Source: Candidatus Methylomirabilota bacterium (lineage in GTDB: Bacteria; Methylomirabilota; Methylomirabilia; Rokubacteriales; CSP1-6). Taken from it: a DNA stretch of 64,000 nucleotides. Below, one piece after another: positions 56,176 through 64,000 of the stretch. A program made the position numbers and the translations under genes. The DNA lies in assembly GCA_035650715.1 (NCBI GenBank), contig DASRHC010000032.1, positions 128,221-192,220 of the forward strand. Reading direction: 5' to 3'. How positions within the stretch are numbered: position 1 is the first letter of the stretch; each line of letters begins with the position of its first letter. Below the pieces are notes generated by a model. The model saw only the letters and a list, made by a program, of their open reading frames with translations, was not told the DNA's origin and ran no database searches.

Positions 56176-57336
56176 GTGAGCACGGGCGCGCGCCGCCCGG
56201 CGGGCGGAGGCGAGGGGCGCCTCGACTGGCTCGACGGGATGAAGGGCCTCGCGATCCTCTGGATCGTCTTCTTCCACTTCTTCACCTTCTACGATCACGG
56301 CCGCACCCCGTGGCCGCTCCGCCCCGGCTACCTGGCCGCCTACGCGGCGGGCTGCGACCCGGACGCCTCCCGGGTCCTCTGCCTGGGCGGCGCGCTGCTC
56401 TCCGCGGCGGGACAGCTCGGCTTTCACGCGGTCTCCGTCTTCCTCGTGCTCTCGGGCTTCGGGCTGACCTACTCGCTGGCCCGGCCCGACCGCGCGCGGC
56501 CCGCGTGGTCGCAGTGGTACCGCAGCCGGCTGGTCCGCCTGTTCCCGATGTACTGGGTCGCGCACCTCGTCTACCTGCTCTCGCCGTTCCAGGCGCGCAT
56601 CGACGCGCTCGACTATCGCTTCGTGCTGAGCCTCCTCGGCGACCGGGTGGTGCCGATCGGGACGATCTTCTACTACTTCAATCCCGCCCTCTGGTACTTC
56701 GGCCTGCTGCTGGAGCTCTACCTCGTGTATCCGGTGCTCTTCGGGGCGCTCCGGCGGTGGGGTTCGGCCCGCTTCCTGGCCCTCGCCGCCGCGGTCACCA
56801 TCGCCGCGCGGTGGGTGCTCGTGATCGCGGTGCCGGTGAGCCCGGCGTGGGTGCAGGGCGGCTTCTTCGCGTGCCGGCTCTGGGAGTTCGCCCTCGGCAT
56901 GGCCGCGGGGGCGCTCTGGCGGACGCGAGGGGCGTCCCTCGGCGCGGCCCTCTTCTCCGGGTGGGCGCTCCTCGCGGCCGTCGCGATCTACGCGCTCGGC
57001 TGCTACTCCTATCGCGCGCTCTGGTCCTACCTCTCCACCGACGCCCTGATCGGCACCGGCCTCGCGGTGGTGCTGGCGCACGTCGCGCGCGCGATCGGGC
57101 GCGCGCGGTGGGCGGGCCGTGCCGCGATCGCGGTGGGCGCCTCCTCCTACGGGCTCTACCTCGTGCACCAGCCGTACGTGCTGTATTTCGCCGAGCGCAT
57201 GCGCGGGCTCGACACGGCCGCGTTCCTGGCCGCGGCGAGCGGCATCATCGTGCTGCTGGTCCTGGGCGCGATGGCGCTCGAGCGGGCGGTCGACGCGCTC
57301 ACCGACCGGGTGCTCGCCGACCGGATGCGCGGATGA
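56176..57336 (+). CDS. acyltransferase family 3 (membrane O-acyltransferase)
   Basis: RLDWLDGMKGLAILWIVFFH is the family-3 N-terminal motif. About ten TM helices. The alternative start is ATG 56230. Confidence 0.75.
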   Translation: MSTGARRPAGGGEGRLDWLDGMKGLAILWIVFFHFFTFYDHGRTPWPLRPGYLAAYAAGCDPDASRVLCLGGALLSAAGQLGFHAVSVFLVLSGFGLTYSLARPDRARPAWSQWYRSRLVRLFPMYWVAHLVYLLSPFQARIDALDYRFVLSLLGDRVVPIGTIFYYFNPALWYFGLLLELYLVYPVLFGALRRWGSARFLALAAAVTIAARWVLVIAVPVSPAWVQGGFFACRLWEFALGMAAGALWRTRGASLGAALFSGWALLAAVAIYALGCYSYRALWSYLSTDALIGTGLAVVLAHVARAIGRARWAGRAAIAVGASSYGLYLVHQPYVLYFAERMRGLDTAAFLAAASGIIVLLVLGAMALERAVDALTDRVLADRMRG

Positions 57337-57394
57337 CGCGCGCCGCCCGCGCGGGGCGTCCCGCGGATCTTGCCGCGGGGAGTAGAGTACGAGC

Positions 57395-59095
57395 GTGACC
57401 CGCCGCCGCCCCCGCCCCGCGCTCGCGGCCCTCCTGCTCGCGCTGCTGCTGCCCCTCGTCACCGCCGCTGCCGCGCCGTCCGGGCTGGGCGCCGAGGACC
57501 TCCTCGCCCACATCCGCGCCCTCACCGCGCCCGAGATGGAGGGGCGCGGCTCCGGGACGCCCGGCGGCGACCGCGCGGCCCGCTACATCGCGGACGTGCT
57601 CGCGCGGGCGGGCTTGCGTCCGGGCGGCGAGGGGGGCACGTTCCTCCAGGAGTTCCCCGTCGCGACCATCCCGAGCCTCGGCCCCGGCAACCGGCTCGAG
57701 GCCGCGGGCGCCGCGCGCCCGCTCGAGGCGGGCCGCGACTGGACGCCGCACGGCGGCTCGCTCGCCGGCGAGGTGACCGGCCTCGTGGTGCTGGTGGGCC
57801 GGGACGAGTACGGGCGCGTGGACGCGCGCGACCGCATCGCGCTGGCGCTGGCCGGCACGCCCGAACGGCCCGAGGCCCCCTCGCGCCTCGAGCAGCTCAT
57901 CGCGGCGCGCCGGGCCGGCGCGCGGGCGGTCCTCCTGATCGGCGACGAGCTGCCCGCGGTCGCCGCGACCGCGTCGCCGGTGGCCATCGTCTCCGGCTCC
58001 ATCACGCGCGCCGCGGCCGCCGCGTTGCTGGGACGATCGCCCGACGCCCTCGGGACGCCGGCGCTCACCTCCGTGTCGGCGCGCCTGCGCGTGGACCTTG
58101 CCCGGTCCGAGCGCCGGGCCGCCAACGTCATGGGCGTCGTGCCGGGCGTCGATCCGGCCCGCGCGGACGAGGCGGTGGTGATCGGCGCGCACTACGATCA
58201 CCTGGGCGTCGAGGCCGGCACGGTGTATCCCGGGGCGGACGACAACGCCTCCGGCACCGCCACCGTGCTGGCCCTGGCGCAGTCGCTGGCCGCCTCGCGG
58301 CCGCCGCGCACGCTGGTCTTCGCGCTGTTCTCCGGCGAGGAGATCGGGCTGGTCGGCTCCGACTATCAGGTGCGCCATCCCTCCGTCGTGCCGGTCGACC
58401 GGATGGCCGCGATGGTCAACTTCGACATGGTCGGGCGTCTCGAGGGCCGCCACCTGGTGGTGGGCGGCGTCGACACCGGCAGCGGGTTCCGCGCGCTGGT
58501 CGAGGGCGCGGCCCGCGAGGTCGGGATCGACGTGAGCCTGCGCCCGTCGGGGACGGGCCCGTCGGACCACGCGCGGTTCAACGGCGCGGGCGTGCCGGTG
58601 CTGTTCGTCCACAGCGGCACCCACGCCGACTATCATCGGCCCACCGACACCGCCGACCGCATCGACGCCTCCGGCATGGCCCGCATCGCGGCGCTGGGCC
58701 GCCTCGTGGTCACGCGCCTCGCGGAGGGGCCGCGGCCGGTGTTCGCGCAGGTCCCGCGCGGCCGCACGCAGAAGGCCGCGCCGGAGCCGACGGCCCCGTC
58801 CCCGGAGCATCCGGCGGTCGGGGCCATGGGCGGCGCCTTCCTGGGCATCGCGGCCGACACCCGCGCGGGCTGGGACGGGGTCCGCCTCGGCGCGGTGGTG
58901 TCGGGCAGCGCGGCGGAGCGCGCCGGTCTCCGCGCGGGCGACGTGCTGGTGCGCCTGGGCGAGACCGCGCTCCGGAGCTTCCCCGACCTGCGCGCGCTCG
59001 TCGACCGGCACCGGCCGGGCGACACGCTGCCGCTGCTCTACCTGCGCGACGGCCTCGATCGCTCCACGACGGTGACGCTCGGCTCGCGCCCGTGA
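57395..59095 (+). CDS. M28-family peptidase with PA domain and C-terminal PDZ domain
   Basis: Signal peptide. The zinc ligands HYDHLG, DDNASG and FSGEE. PDZ domain GLRAGDVLVRLGE. Confidence 0.8.
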   Translation: MTRRRPRPALAALLLALLLPLVTAAAAPSGLGAEDLLAHIRALTAPEMEGRGSGTPGGDRAARYIADVLARAGLRPGGEGGTFLQEFPVATIPSLGPGNRLEAAGAARPLEAGRDWTPHGGSLAGEVTGLVVLVGRDEYGRVDARDRIALALAGTPERPEAPSRLEQLIAARRAGARAVLLIGDELPAVAATASPVAIVSGSITRAAAAALLGRSPDALGTPALTSVSARLRVDLARSERRAANVMGVVPGVDPARADEAVVIGAHYDHLGVEAGTVYPGADDNASGTATVLALAQSLAASRPPRTLVFALFSGEEIGLVGSDYQVRHPSVVPVDRMAAMVNFDMVGRLEGRHLVVGGVDTGSGFRALVEGAAREVGIDVSLRPSGTGPSDHARFNGAGVPVLFVHSGTHADYHRPTDTADRIDASGMARIAALGRLVVTRLAEGPRPVFAQVPRGRTQKAAPEPTAPSPEHPAVGAMGGAFLGIAADTRAGWDGVRLGAVVSGSAAERAGLRAGDVLVRLGETALRSFPDLRALVDRHRPGDTLPLLYLRDGLDRSTTVTLGSRP

Positions 59096-60570
59096 GCCTG
59101 CCGCTGGCGGTGAAGGCGGCCGCCTGCCACGTGCGCAACCTGCGCACGCGACTGCCGTTCCGCTACGGCGCGGTCACCCTCACGCGCTTTCCGCTGCTGC
59201 ACCTGGCGCTGGACGTGGAGGCCGCCGACGGCCGCCGCGCCCGCGGCTTCGCGGCCGACAACCTGCCGCCGAAGTGGTTCGACAAGGACCCGGCCCGGAC
59301 CTTCCGGGACAACGTCGAGGACCTCCTGCGCGCCATCGCGGGCGCGGAGCGCGCCTACCTCGACACGGGCCGGACGCCGCGGCCGGTGTTCGACCTGTGG
59401 CGGGACGCGTACGGGGAATGCGCGCGCCGCGCGCCGGAGCTCCGCGTGAACGGTTTGACCGCCGCCTTCGGCTCCTCGCTCTTCGAGCGCGCCCTCGCCG
59501 ACGCGGCCGGCCGGCTCGCCGGCCTCGACGTGATCGCGCTGCTGCGGGAGGACGTGCTGGGCCTGCGCCCCGACGCGGTCCACCCGGGCCTCACGCGCGC
59601 GCACCTCCTGGCCTGGGCGGGCCGGCCTCCGGCCGATCGCATCGCGGTGCGCCACACCGTGGGGCTGCTCGACCCCATCGTGGCCGCCGACGTGCCGGCC
59701 GACGGCTGGCTCGGCGACGGGCTGCCCCAGACCCTCGAGGAGTGCGTGGCGGCGCACGGCCTCCGCCACTTCAAGCTGAAGGTCGGCGGCCGGGTCGACG
59801 CGGACGTGGAGCGGCTGCGCCGCATCGCCGCAGTGCTCGACCGCATCGGGGAGCCCTACCTGGTGACGCTCGATGGCAACGAGCAGTACAAGGCGATGGC
59901 CGACTTCGCGGCCCTGGTGGAGGCCGTGAGGGCCGAGCCGGCGCTGGCGCGGCTCTGGCGGTCGACCGCGTTCATCGAGCAGCCGCTCGACCGGGCCATC
60001 GCGCTCGACGCCTCGGCCGCGGCCGGGCTCGAGCGCCTCGGCCACGCGGTGCCGATCATCATCGACGAGAGCGACGGCGATCTGCAGGCGTTCCCCCGCG
60101 CGATCGCCCTCGGCTACCGCGGGGTGTCCACCAAGAACTGCAAGGGCATCGTGAAGTCGTTCCTGAACCGCACGCTCATCGAGCGCGAGAACGCGCAGCG
60201 GCCGGCCGGGGCCCGCCTCTTCATGAGCGCGGAGGACCTCACCAACGTGCCGGTGGTGCCGCTGCAGCAGGACCTCGCCACCGTGCGCGCGCTCGGCATC
60301 GCGCACGTCGAGCGCAACGGCCACCACTACGTCCGCGGCCTCGCCCACTGCTCGGCCCGCGAGCGCGCGGCCGCGCTCCGGCACCACGGCGACCTCTACG
60401 CGGGCGACGAGCGGGAGGCGTGGCTGCGCATCGAGCGCGGCTCGGTGCGCGTGGGCTCGCTGGCCGGGCCCGGCTACGGGGTGGGCTTCGACCCGGACCT
60501 GGACGCGATGGTGCCGCTCGAGCGCTGGACGTTCGACTCGCTCGACGCCGGGGACGCGGGCGCGGCCTGA
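59092..60570 (+). CDS. enolase-superfamily enzyme (mandelate racemase/muconate-lactonizing enzyme-like)
   Basis: FKLKVGG, DGNEQY and IIDESD match the conserved metal and base motifs. GTGA overlap with the peptidase. Confidence 0.7.
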   Translation: MSLPLAVKAAACHVRNLRTRLPFRYGAVTLTRFPLLHLALDVEAADGRRARGFAADNLPPKWFDKDPARTFRDNVEDLLRAIAGAERAYLDTGRTPRPVFDLWRDAYGECARRAPELRVNGLTAAFGSSLFERALADAAGRLAGLDVIALLREDVLGLRPDAVHPGLTRAHLLAWAGRPPADRIAVRHTVGLLDPIVAADVPADGWLGDGLPQTLEECVAAHGLRHFKLKVGGRVDADVERLRRIAAVLDRIGEPYLVTLDGNEQYKAMADFAALVEAVRAEPALARLWRSTAFIEQPLDRAIALDASAAAGLERLGHAVPIIIDESDGDLQAFPRAIALGYRGVSTKNCKGIVKSFLNRTLIERENAQRPAGARLFMSAEDLTNVPVVPLQQDLATVRALGIAHVERNGHHYVRGLAHCSARERAAALRHHGDLYAGDEREAWLRIERGSVRVGSLAGPGYGVGFDPDLDAMVPLERWTFDSLDAGDAGAA

Positions 60571-60583
60571 GGGTCTTGCCGGG

Positions 60584-61855
60584 TCAGCGGCCGGCGGCGG
60601 CGTCGGCCGCGGTCGCGGCGGCGGCCTCCGCCAGCAGCGCGTACTTGGCGAGCGTGCGGGCGGCGAGGTCGGCCGGACGGTGCCCGGCGTCGATCCATTC
60701 CAGCACCTCGCCCAGCAGCAGGGCGAAGTGGCCCTCGTGGCCGCCGTCCGCTCCCTCGACGACCACCTCGTGGAGTCCCGCCGCGACCGCGCGTGCCGAG
60801 GCCCCCGGGCCCTCGGCGCGGGCCTTCTCGAGCGCTTCCCCCAGCGCCCGCGCGGTGGCGGCGGCATCGCGGCGGGCCCGCACGCGCAGGCGCCGCCGGA
60901 AGCCGGTCTCCGCGGTCTGCGCGAGGGAGACGGTCGCGTGGCGGCCGCGGAGGACGGCGCGCGAGGTGTCGCCGCCGCCCGGCGGGGTCGAGGGCTCCCA
61001 GCGCGCGATCGCGCGTGCGGTGACGCCGGCCAGGCGATAGACCAGCTCCGCGTTCGAGAACACGCGCAGGGCTCCGCCCTCCACCGCGGGGGCCAGGGCG
61101 GGCGGCACCGACGGCGCGCCGGTCACGCGCGTGAAGACGTCCAGCGGGACCCGCGTGGACCAGCCGCGCGCGGAGAGCAGGCGAGCGGCGGCCCCGTCCG
61201 CGGCGCCGTCGAGCCACCACTGCGCCTGATCGACCAGGTGGGTGGGGATGTCGACCGCGCCGCCGCCCTGCACGCGGGAGTCGAAGTACCACCACGGGCG
61301 GCGGAGCGGCGCGCCGTCCACGCGCTTCTCGAAGTGGTGGACGCTCTCCTGCTCGATGGCGAAGGCGGCGTCGGGATCGAAGCCGCCGAAGAGATCGGGA
61401 TCGTCGACCAGGCGCTTGACCAGGCGCGCGACGGGGTCCCGGCGGCCGGTCATCATCTCGCGCACGAGCGCGCCGCCCGCGAGGCTCGCGCGGATCGCCG
61501 CGAGGTCGCCGGGCTCCACCAGCCACGGCTTGTCGGCCAGGACGTGGAGCCCGGCCGCGTGGAGCGCCTGGATCACCCGGGCCTTGCCGCCGTTGCGGCC
61601 GGCCAGCACCACCAGGTCGCCGGGGCGCTCGGCCAGCAGCTGCGCGAGCGGATCGGCGGAGAGGCGGACGCGCGGGCGCCAGGCGGTCGGCCGCTCCGGC
61701 CGGCGGTTGAAGCGCTCGATCAGGGCCAGGAAGTCGTCCAGCTCGGCTCCCGCGGCCGCGTAGACGAACACCTCCGGCGAGACGCTCGGGTTCCGCTCCC
61801 GCAGGGTGAGGGCGGCGTGGAAATGCCCGGGGTCGAGGAAGGCGAGGGTGTGCAT
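60584..61855 (-). CDS. putative oxidoreductase with Gfo/Idh/MocA-like N-terminal domain
   Basis: MHTLAFLDPGHFHAAL is a Rossmann-like beginning. The C-terminal domain is uncharacterised. Confidence 0.5.
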   Translation of the reverse strand: MHTLAFLDPGHFHAALTLRERNPSVSPEVFVYAAAGAELDDFLALIERFNRRPERPTAWRPRVRLSADPLAQLLAERPGDLVVLAGRNGGKARVIQALHAAGLHVLADKPWLVEPGDLAAIRASLAGGALVREMMTGRRDPVARLVKRLVDDPDLFGGFDPDAAFAIEQESVHHFEKRVDGAPLRRPWWYFDSRVQGGGAVDIPTHLVDQAQWWLDGAADGAAARLLSARGWSTRVPLDVFTRVTGAPSVPPALAPAVEGGALRVFSNAELVYRLAGVTARAIARWEPSTPPGGGDTSRAVLRGRHATVSLAQTAETGFRRRLRVRARRDAAATARALGEALEKARAEGPGASARAVAAGLHEVVVEGADGGHEGHFALLLGEVLEWIDAGHRPADLAARTLAKYALLAEAAAATAADAAAGR

Positions 61856-61875
61856 GCCGGCGGGGCTAGCGTACT

Positions 61876-62658
61876 ATGGGCGCGCCGCCGATGATGGGGA
61901 CCGGACGCGCGCTTCGCCGCTACCTGCCCGCCGCCGCGCTGTTCGCGGCCCTGCTGGCCGCGTGGCAGCTCGCGGTCAGCGGGCTGGGGCTGCGCGAGTA
62001 CCTGCTGCCCGCGCCGATGCGCGTGGTCCAGGCGATGCTGGGCGACGAGATCCCGTGGCCGCGCCACGTCGCGGTGACCGCGCTCGAGATCGCGGGCGCC
62101 TTCGTGGTGGCGGGGGCGGTGGGCGTGGCCCTCGGGGTCGCGGTGGCGTGGACGCCGCTGCTGTCGCGGGCGCTGGTGCCGTTCCTCGTCTTCGTCAACA
62201 CGCTGCCCAAGGTCGCGGTGGCCCCGCTCTTCCTCCTCTGGCTCGGCTACGGGGTGGTCCCGAACATGCTGATCGGCGCCCTGATCGGCTTCTTCCCGGT
62301 GGTGATCAACACCGCGGTGGGGCTCTCGCAGGTGGACGAGGAGCTCCTGGACCTGGGGCGCGTCTTCAACGCCCCCAAGTGGAAGGTGTTCGCGACCATC
62401 CGCATCCCCAACGCGTATCCCTACATCCTCAGCGCGCTCAAGGTGACCGCGACCGCGGCGGTGGTGGGAGCGATCGTGGGCGAGTTCGTGGCCTCCCAGC
62501 AGGGGCTCGGCTACGTGATCATCACCACCCAGGGCAGCATGAACACGCCGGTGGCCTTCGCGGCCCTGGTGTGGATCTCGCTCGTCGGCCTCGCGGTGTA
62601 CGGTCTGGTGGTGCTCGCGGCGCGGTGCATCGCGCCGTGGGCGGACTCGGTGGACTAG
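61876..62658 (+). CDS. ABC transporter permease (NitT/TauT family)
   Basis: The EAA-like loop and six TM helices. Confidence 0.85.
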   Translation: MGAPPMMGTGRALRRYLPAAALFAALLAAWQLAVSGLGLREYLLPAPMRVVQAMLGDEIPWPRHVAVTALEIAGAFVVAGAVGVALGVAVAWTPLLSRALVPFLVFVNTLPKVAVAPLFLLWLGYGVVPNMLIGALIGFFPVVINTAVGLSQVDEELLDLGRVFNAPKWKVFATIRIPNAYPYILSALKVTATAAVVGAIVGEFVASQQGLGYVIITTQGSMNTPVAFAALVWISLVGLAVYGLVVLAARCIAPWADSVD

Positions 62659-62688
62659 CGGGAACACAGCCAGAAGGGAGAACTCCGC

Positions 62689-63705
62689 ATGACACGCCAC
62701 GCGCTCTCGATCGCCCTCGTGCTCCTCGTGCTCGCGGCCTTCGGCGCGGGCCACCTCGCCGCGCAGGCGGCGCCGCAGAAGGTGGTCTTCGCGCTCAACT
62801 GGTTCCCGGTGGGCGACCACGCCGCCTACTGGGTGGCGCTGGAGAAGGGCTACTACCGCCAGCGCGGGCTCGACGTGGACATGCAGAACTCCAAGGGCTC
62901 GGGGGACTCGATCGCGAAGGTGGACAGCGGGCGCGCCGACGTGGGCCTGGCCGACAGCGCGGTGGTGATCGCGGCCGCCGCGCGCGGGGCCAAGGTGAAG
63001 GTGGTCGGGATGGTGTTCGACAAGAGCCCGCTGAACGTGTGGAGCCGCAAGGATGCGCCCATCACCAAGCCCAAGGACCTCGAGGGCAAGAGCGTGGCCG
63101 CCCCGCCCGGCGACGGCCAGCGGCAGATGTTCCCGGCCTTCGCGCGGGTCAACGGCATCGACGCGAGCAAGGTGACGTGGGTCAACGTGGAGCCGGCGGC
63201 CAAGGTGCCCGCGCTGGCCGAGAAGCGGGTGGACGCGGTGGCCGACTACACCACCGGCCTGCCCTTCTACGAGAAGGCGATCGGCAAGGGCAACGCGGTG
63301 ATGATGCCGTGGGCCGACCACGGCCTCGACATGTACAGCATGTCGATCATCGCGAGCGAGAAGACGATGAAGGAGCGCGCGCCGATGCTGCGGGCGTTCC
63401 TGGAGGCCTCCTACCTCGGGTGGCGCGACGTGATGGCGGATCCGCGCTCGGCGCTCGAGATCTTCAAGAAGCGGGTGCCCGAGATCGACCTGGCGATCAT
63501 CGAGCCCAACATGATGATGGGGCTCGAGCTCATGAAGACCGACCGCTACGCCAGGCACGGCATCGGCTGGATGGACGAGAAGAAGATGTGCGAGTCGGTG
63601 GACCTGGTGAACACGTACATGGGCGTGCCGACGAAGGTCGACTGCAAGACGGTCTACACCAACGAGTTCCTCACGCGGGTGGACATGCCGAAGTCGGCCC
63701 GCTGA
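62689..63705 (+). CDS. ABC transporter substrate-binding protein (NMT1/THI5-like, nitrate/sulfonate/bicarbonate type)
   Basis: Signal peptide and the NMT1 fold pattern. Confidence 0.85.
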   Translation: MTRHALSIALVLLVLAAFGAGHLAAQAAPQKVVFALNWFPVGDHAAYWVALEKGYYRQRGLDVDMQNSKGSGDSIAKVDSGRADVGLADSAVVIAAAARGAKVKVVGMVFDKSPLNVWSRKDAPITKPKDLEGKSVAAPPGDGQRQMFPAFARVNGIDASKVTWVNVEPAAKVPALAEKRVDAVADYTTGLPFYEKAIGKGNAVMMPWADHGLDMYSMSIIASEKTMKERAPMLRAFLEASYLGWRDVMADPRSALEIFKKRVPEIDLAIIEPNMMMGLELMKTDRYARHGIGWMDEKKMCESVDLVNTYMGVPTKVDCKTVYTNEFLTRVDMPKSAR

Positions 63706-63713
63706 CCGCCCGC

Positions 63714-64000
63714 GTGGCGACGCCGCTCATTCGCCTCGAGGGCGTCGGCATGACCTATCCCGGCGCCTCCGGACCGGTCGAGGCCCTGCGGGACGTGGAC
63801 CTCCAGGTGGCGCGCGGGGAGATGCTGGCCATCGTGGGCCCGTCCGGCTGCGGCAAGTCCACGCTGCTGCGGATCATCGCGGGGCTGCGGCCCGCGAGCC
63901 GGGGACGGGTGGAGGTGGACGGCCGGCCGGTCGAGCGCCCGATCCCGTCGGTGGGCATGGTGTTCCAGGCGCCGGTGCTGCTCAAGTGGCGCACCCTCCT
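63714..64000 (+). CDS. ABC transporter ATP-binding protein (5' partial; runs past the window end)
   Basis: Walker A GPSGCGKST. Confidence 0.8.
   Translation, partial: MATPLIRLEGVGMTYPGASGPVEALRDVDLQVARGEMLAIVGPSGCGKSTLLRIIAGLRPASRGRVEVDGRPVERPIPSVGMVFQAPVLLKWRTL

Noticed and set aside
55470-57398. 642-aa plus-strand ORF and other ORFs longer than 300 aa at 60474..61526, 60680..61894, 61720..63558 and 16404..18343
   Set aside because: They are in alternative frames or antisense to genes with strong family signatures, and their composition is dominated by Arg, Gly, Pro and Ala. I treat them as artefacts.
1-64000. Search for tRNA, rRNA, CRISPR repeats, transposases or integrases
   Set aside because: No T-arm-like GGTTCGAATCC-type motifs in intergenic regions. 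No direct-repeat arrays. No DDE or tyrosine-recombinase-like ORFs. No intergenic region is long enough for rRNA.

Overview
This is a gene-dense chromosomal segment from a high-GC (about 70 %) bacterium. F420-type LLM oxidoreductases, Ku, PhzF-family proteins and many GTGA/ATGA translationally coupled gene pairs fit an actinobacterial or Rokubacteria-like genome, but the sequence alone does not settle the phylum. I can support about 70 coding regions, mostly metabolic and regulatory.

The main content is:
- a beta-oxidation-like cluster with a heterotetrameric acyl-CoA dehydrogenase (ACAD) pair;
- two orphan hybrid sensor histidine kinases;
- a five-gene overlapping operon (metallophosphoesterase, nucleotidyltransferase-fold protein, DedA, NPP-type phosphodiesterase, hybrid kinase) that I consider the best candidate for an undescribed signalling system;
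- Ku without a ligase;
- tandem HtrA-like proteases with an atypical LuxR regulator;
- a ten-gene minus-strand enzyme operon centred on a pyruvoyl-decarboxylase-like protein and a nitrilase-superfamily hydrolase;
- ABC transporters, FtsH, and a split ComDE-like decarboxylase.

I found no rRNA, tRNA, CRISPR array, transposase or integrase. Two notable non-coding structures are a perfect 28-bp inverted repeat that fills a convergent intergenic gap and a GC-rich 24-bp inverted repeat upstream of phzF.

The ORF track is dominated by long antisense and alternative-frame artefacts typical of high-GC DNA, so I trimmed gene starts by homology logic, ribosome-binding sites and overlap patterns. Displayed line 27721 shows only 59 nt, so coordinates read off the text there may be off by 1. 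I trusted the ORF-track coordinates instead.
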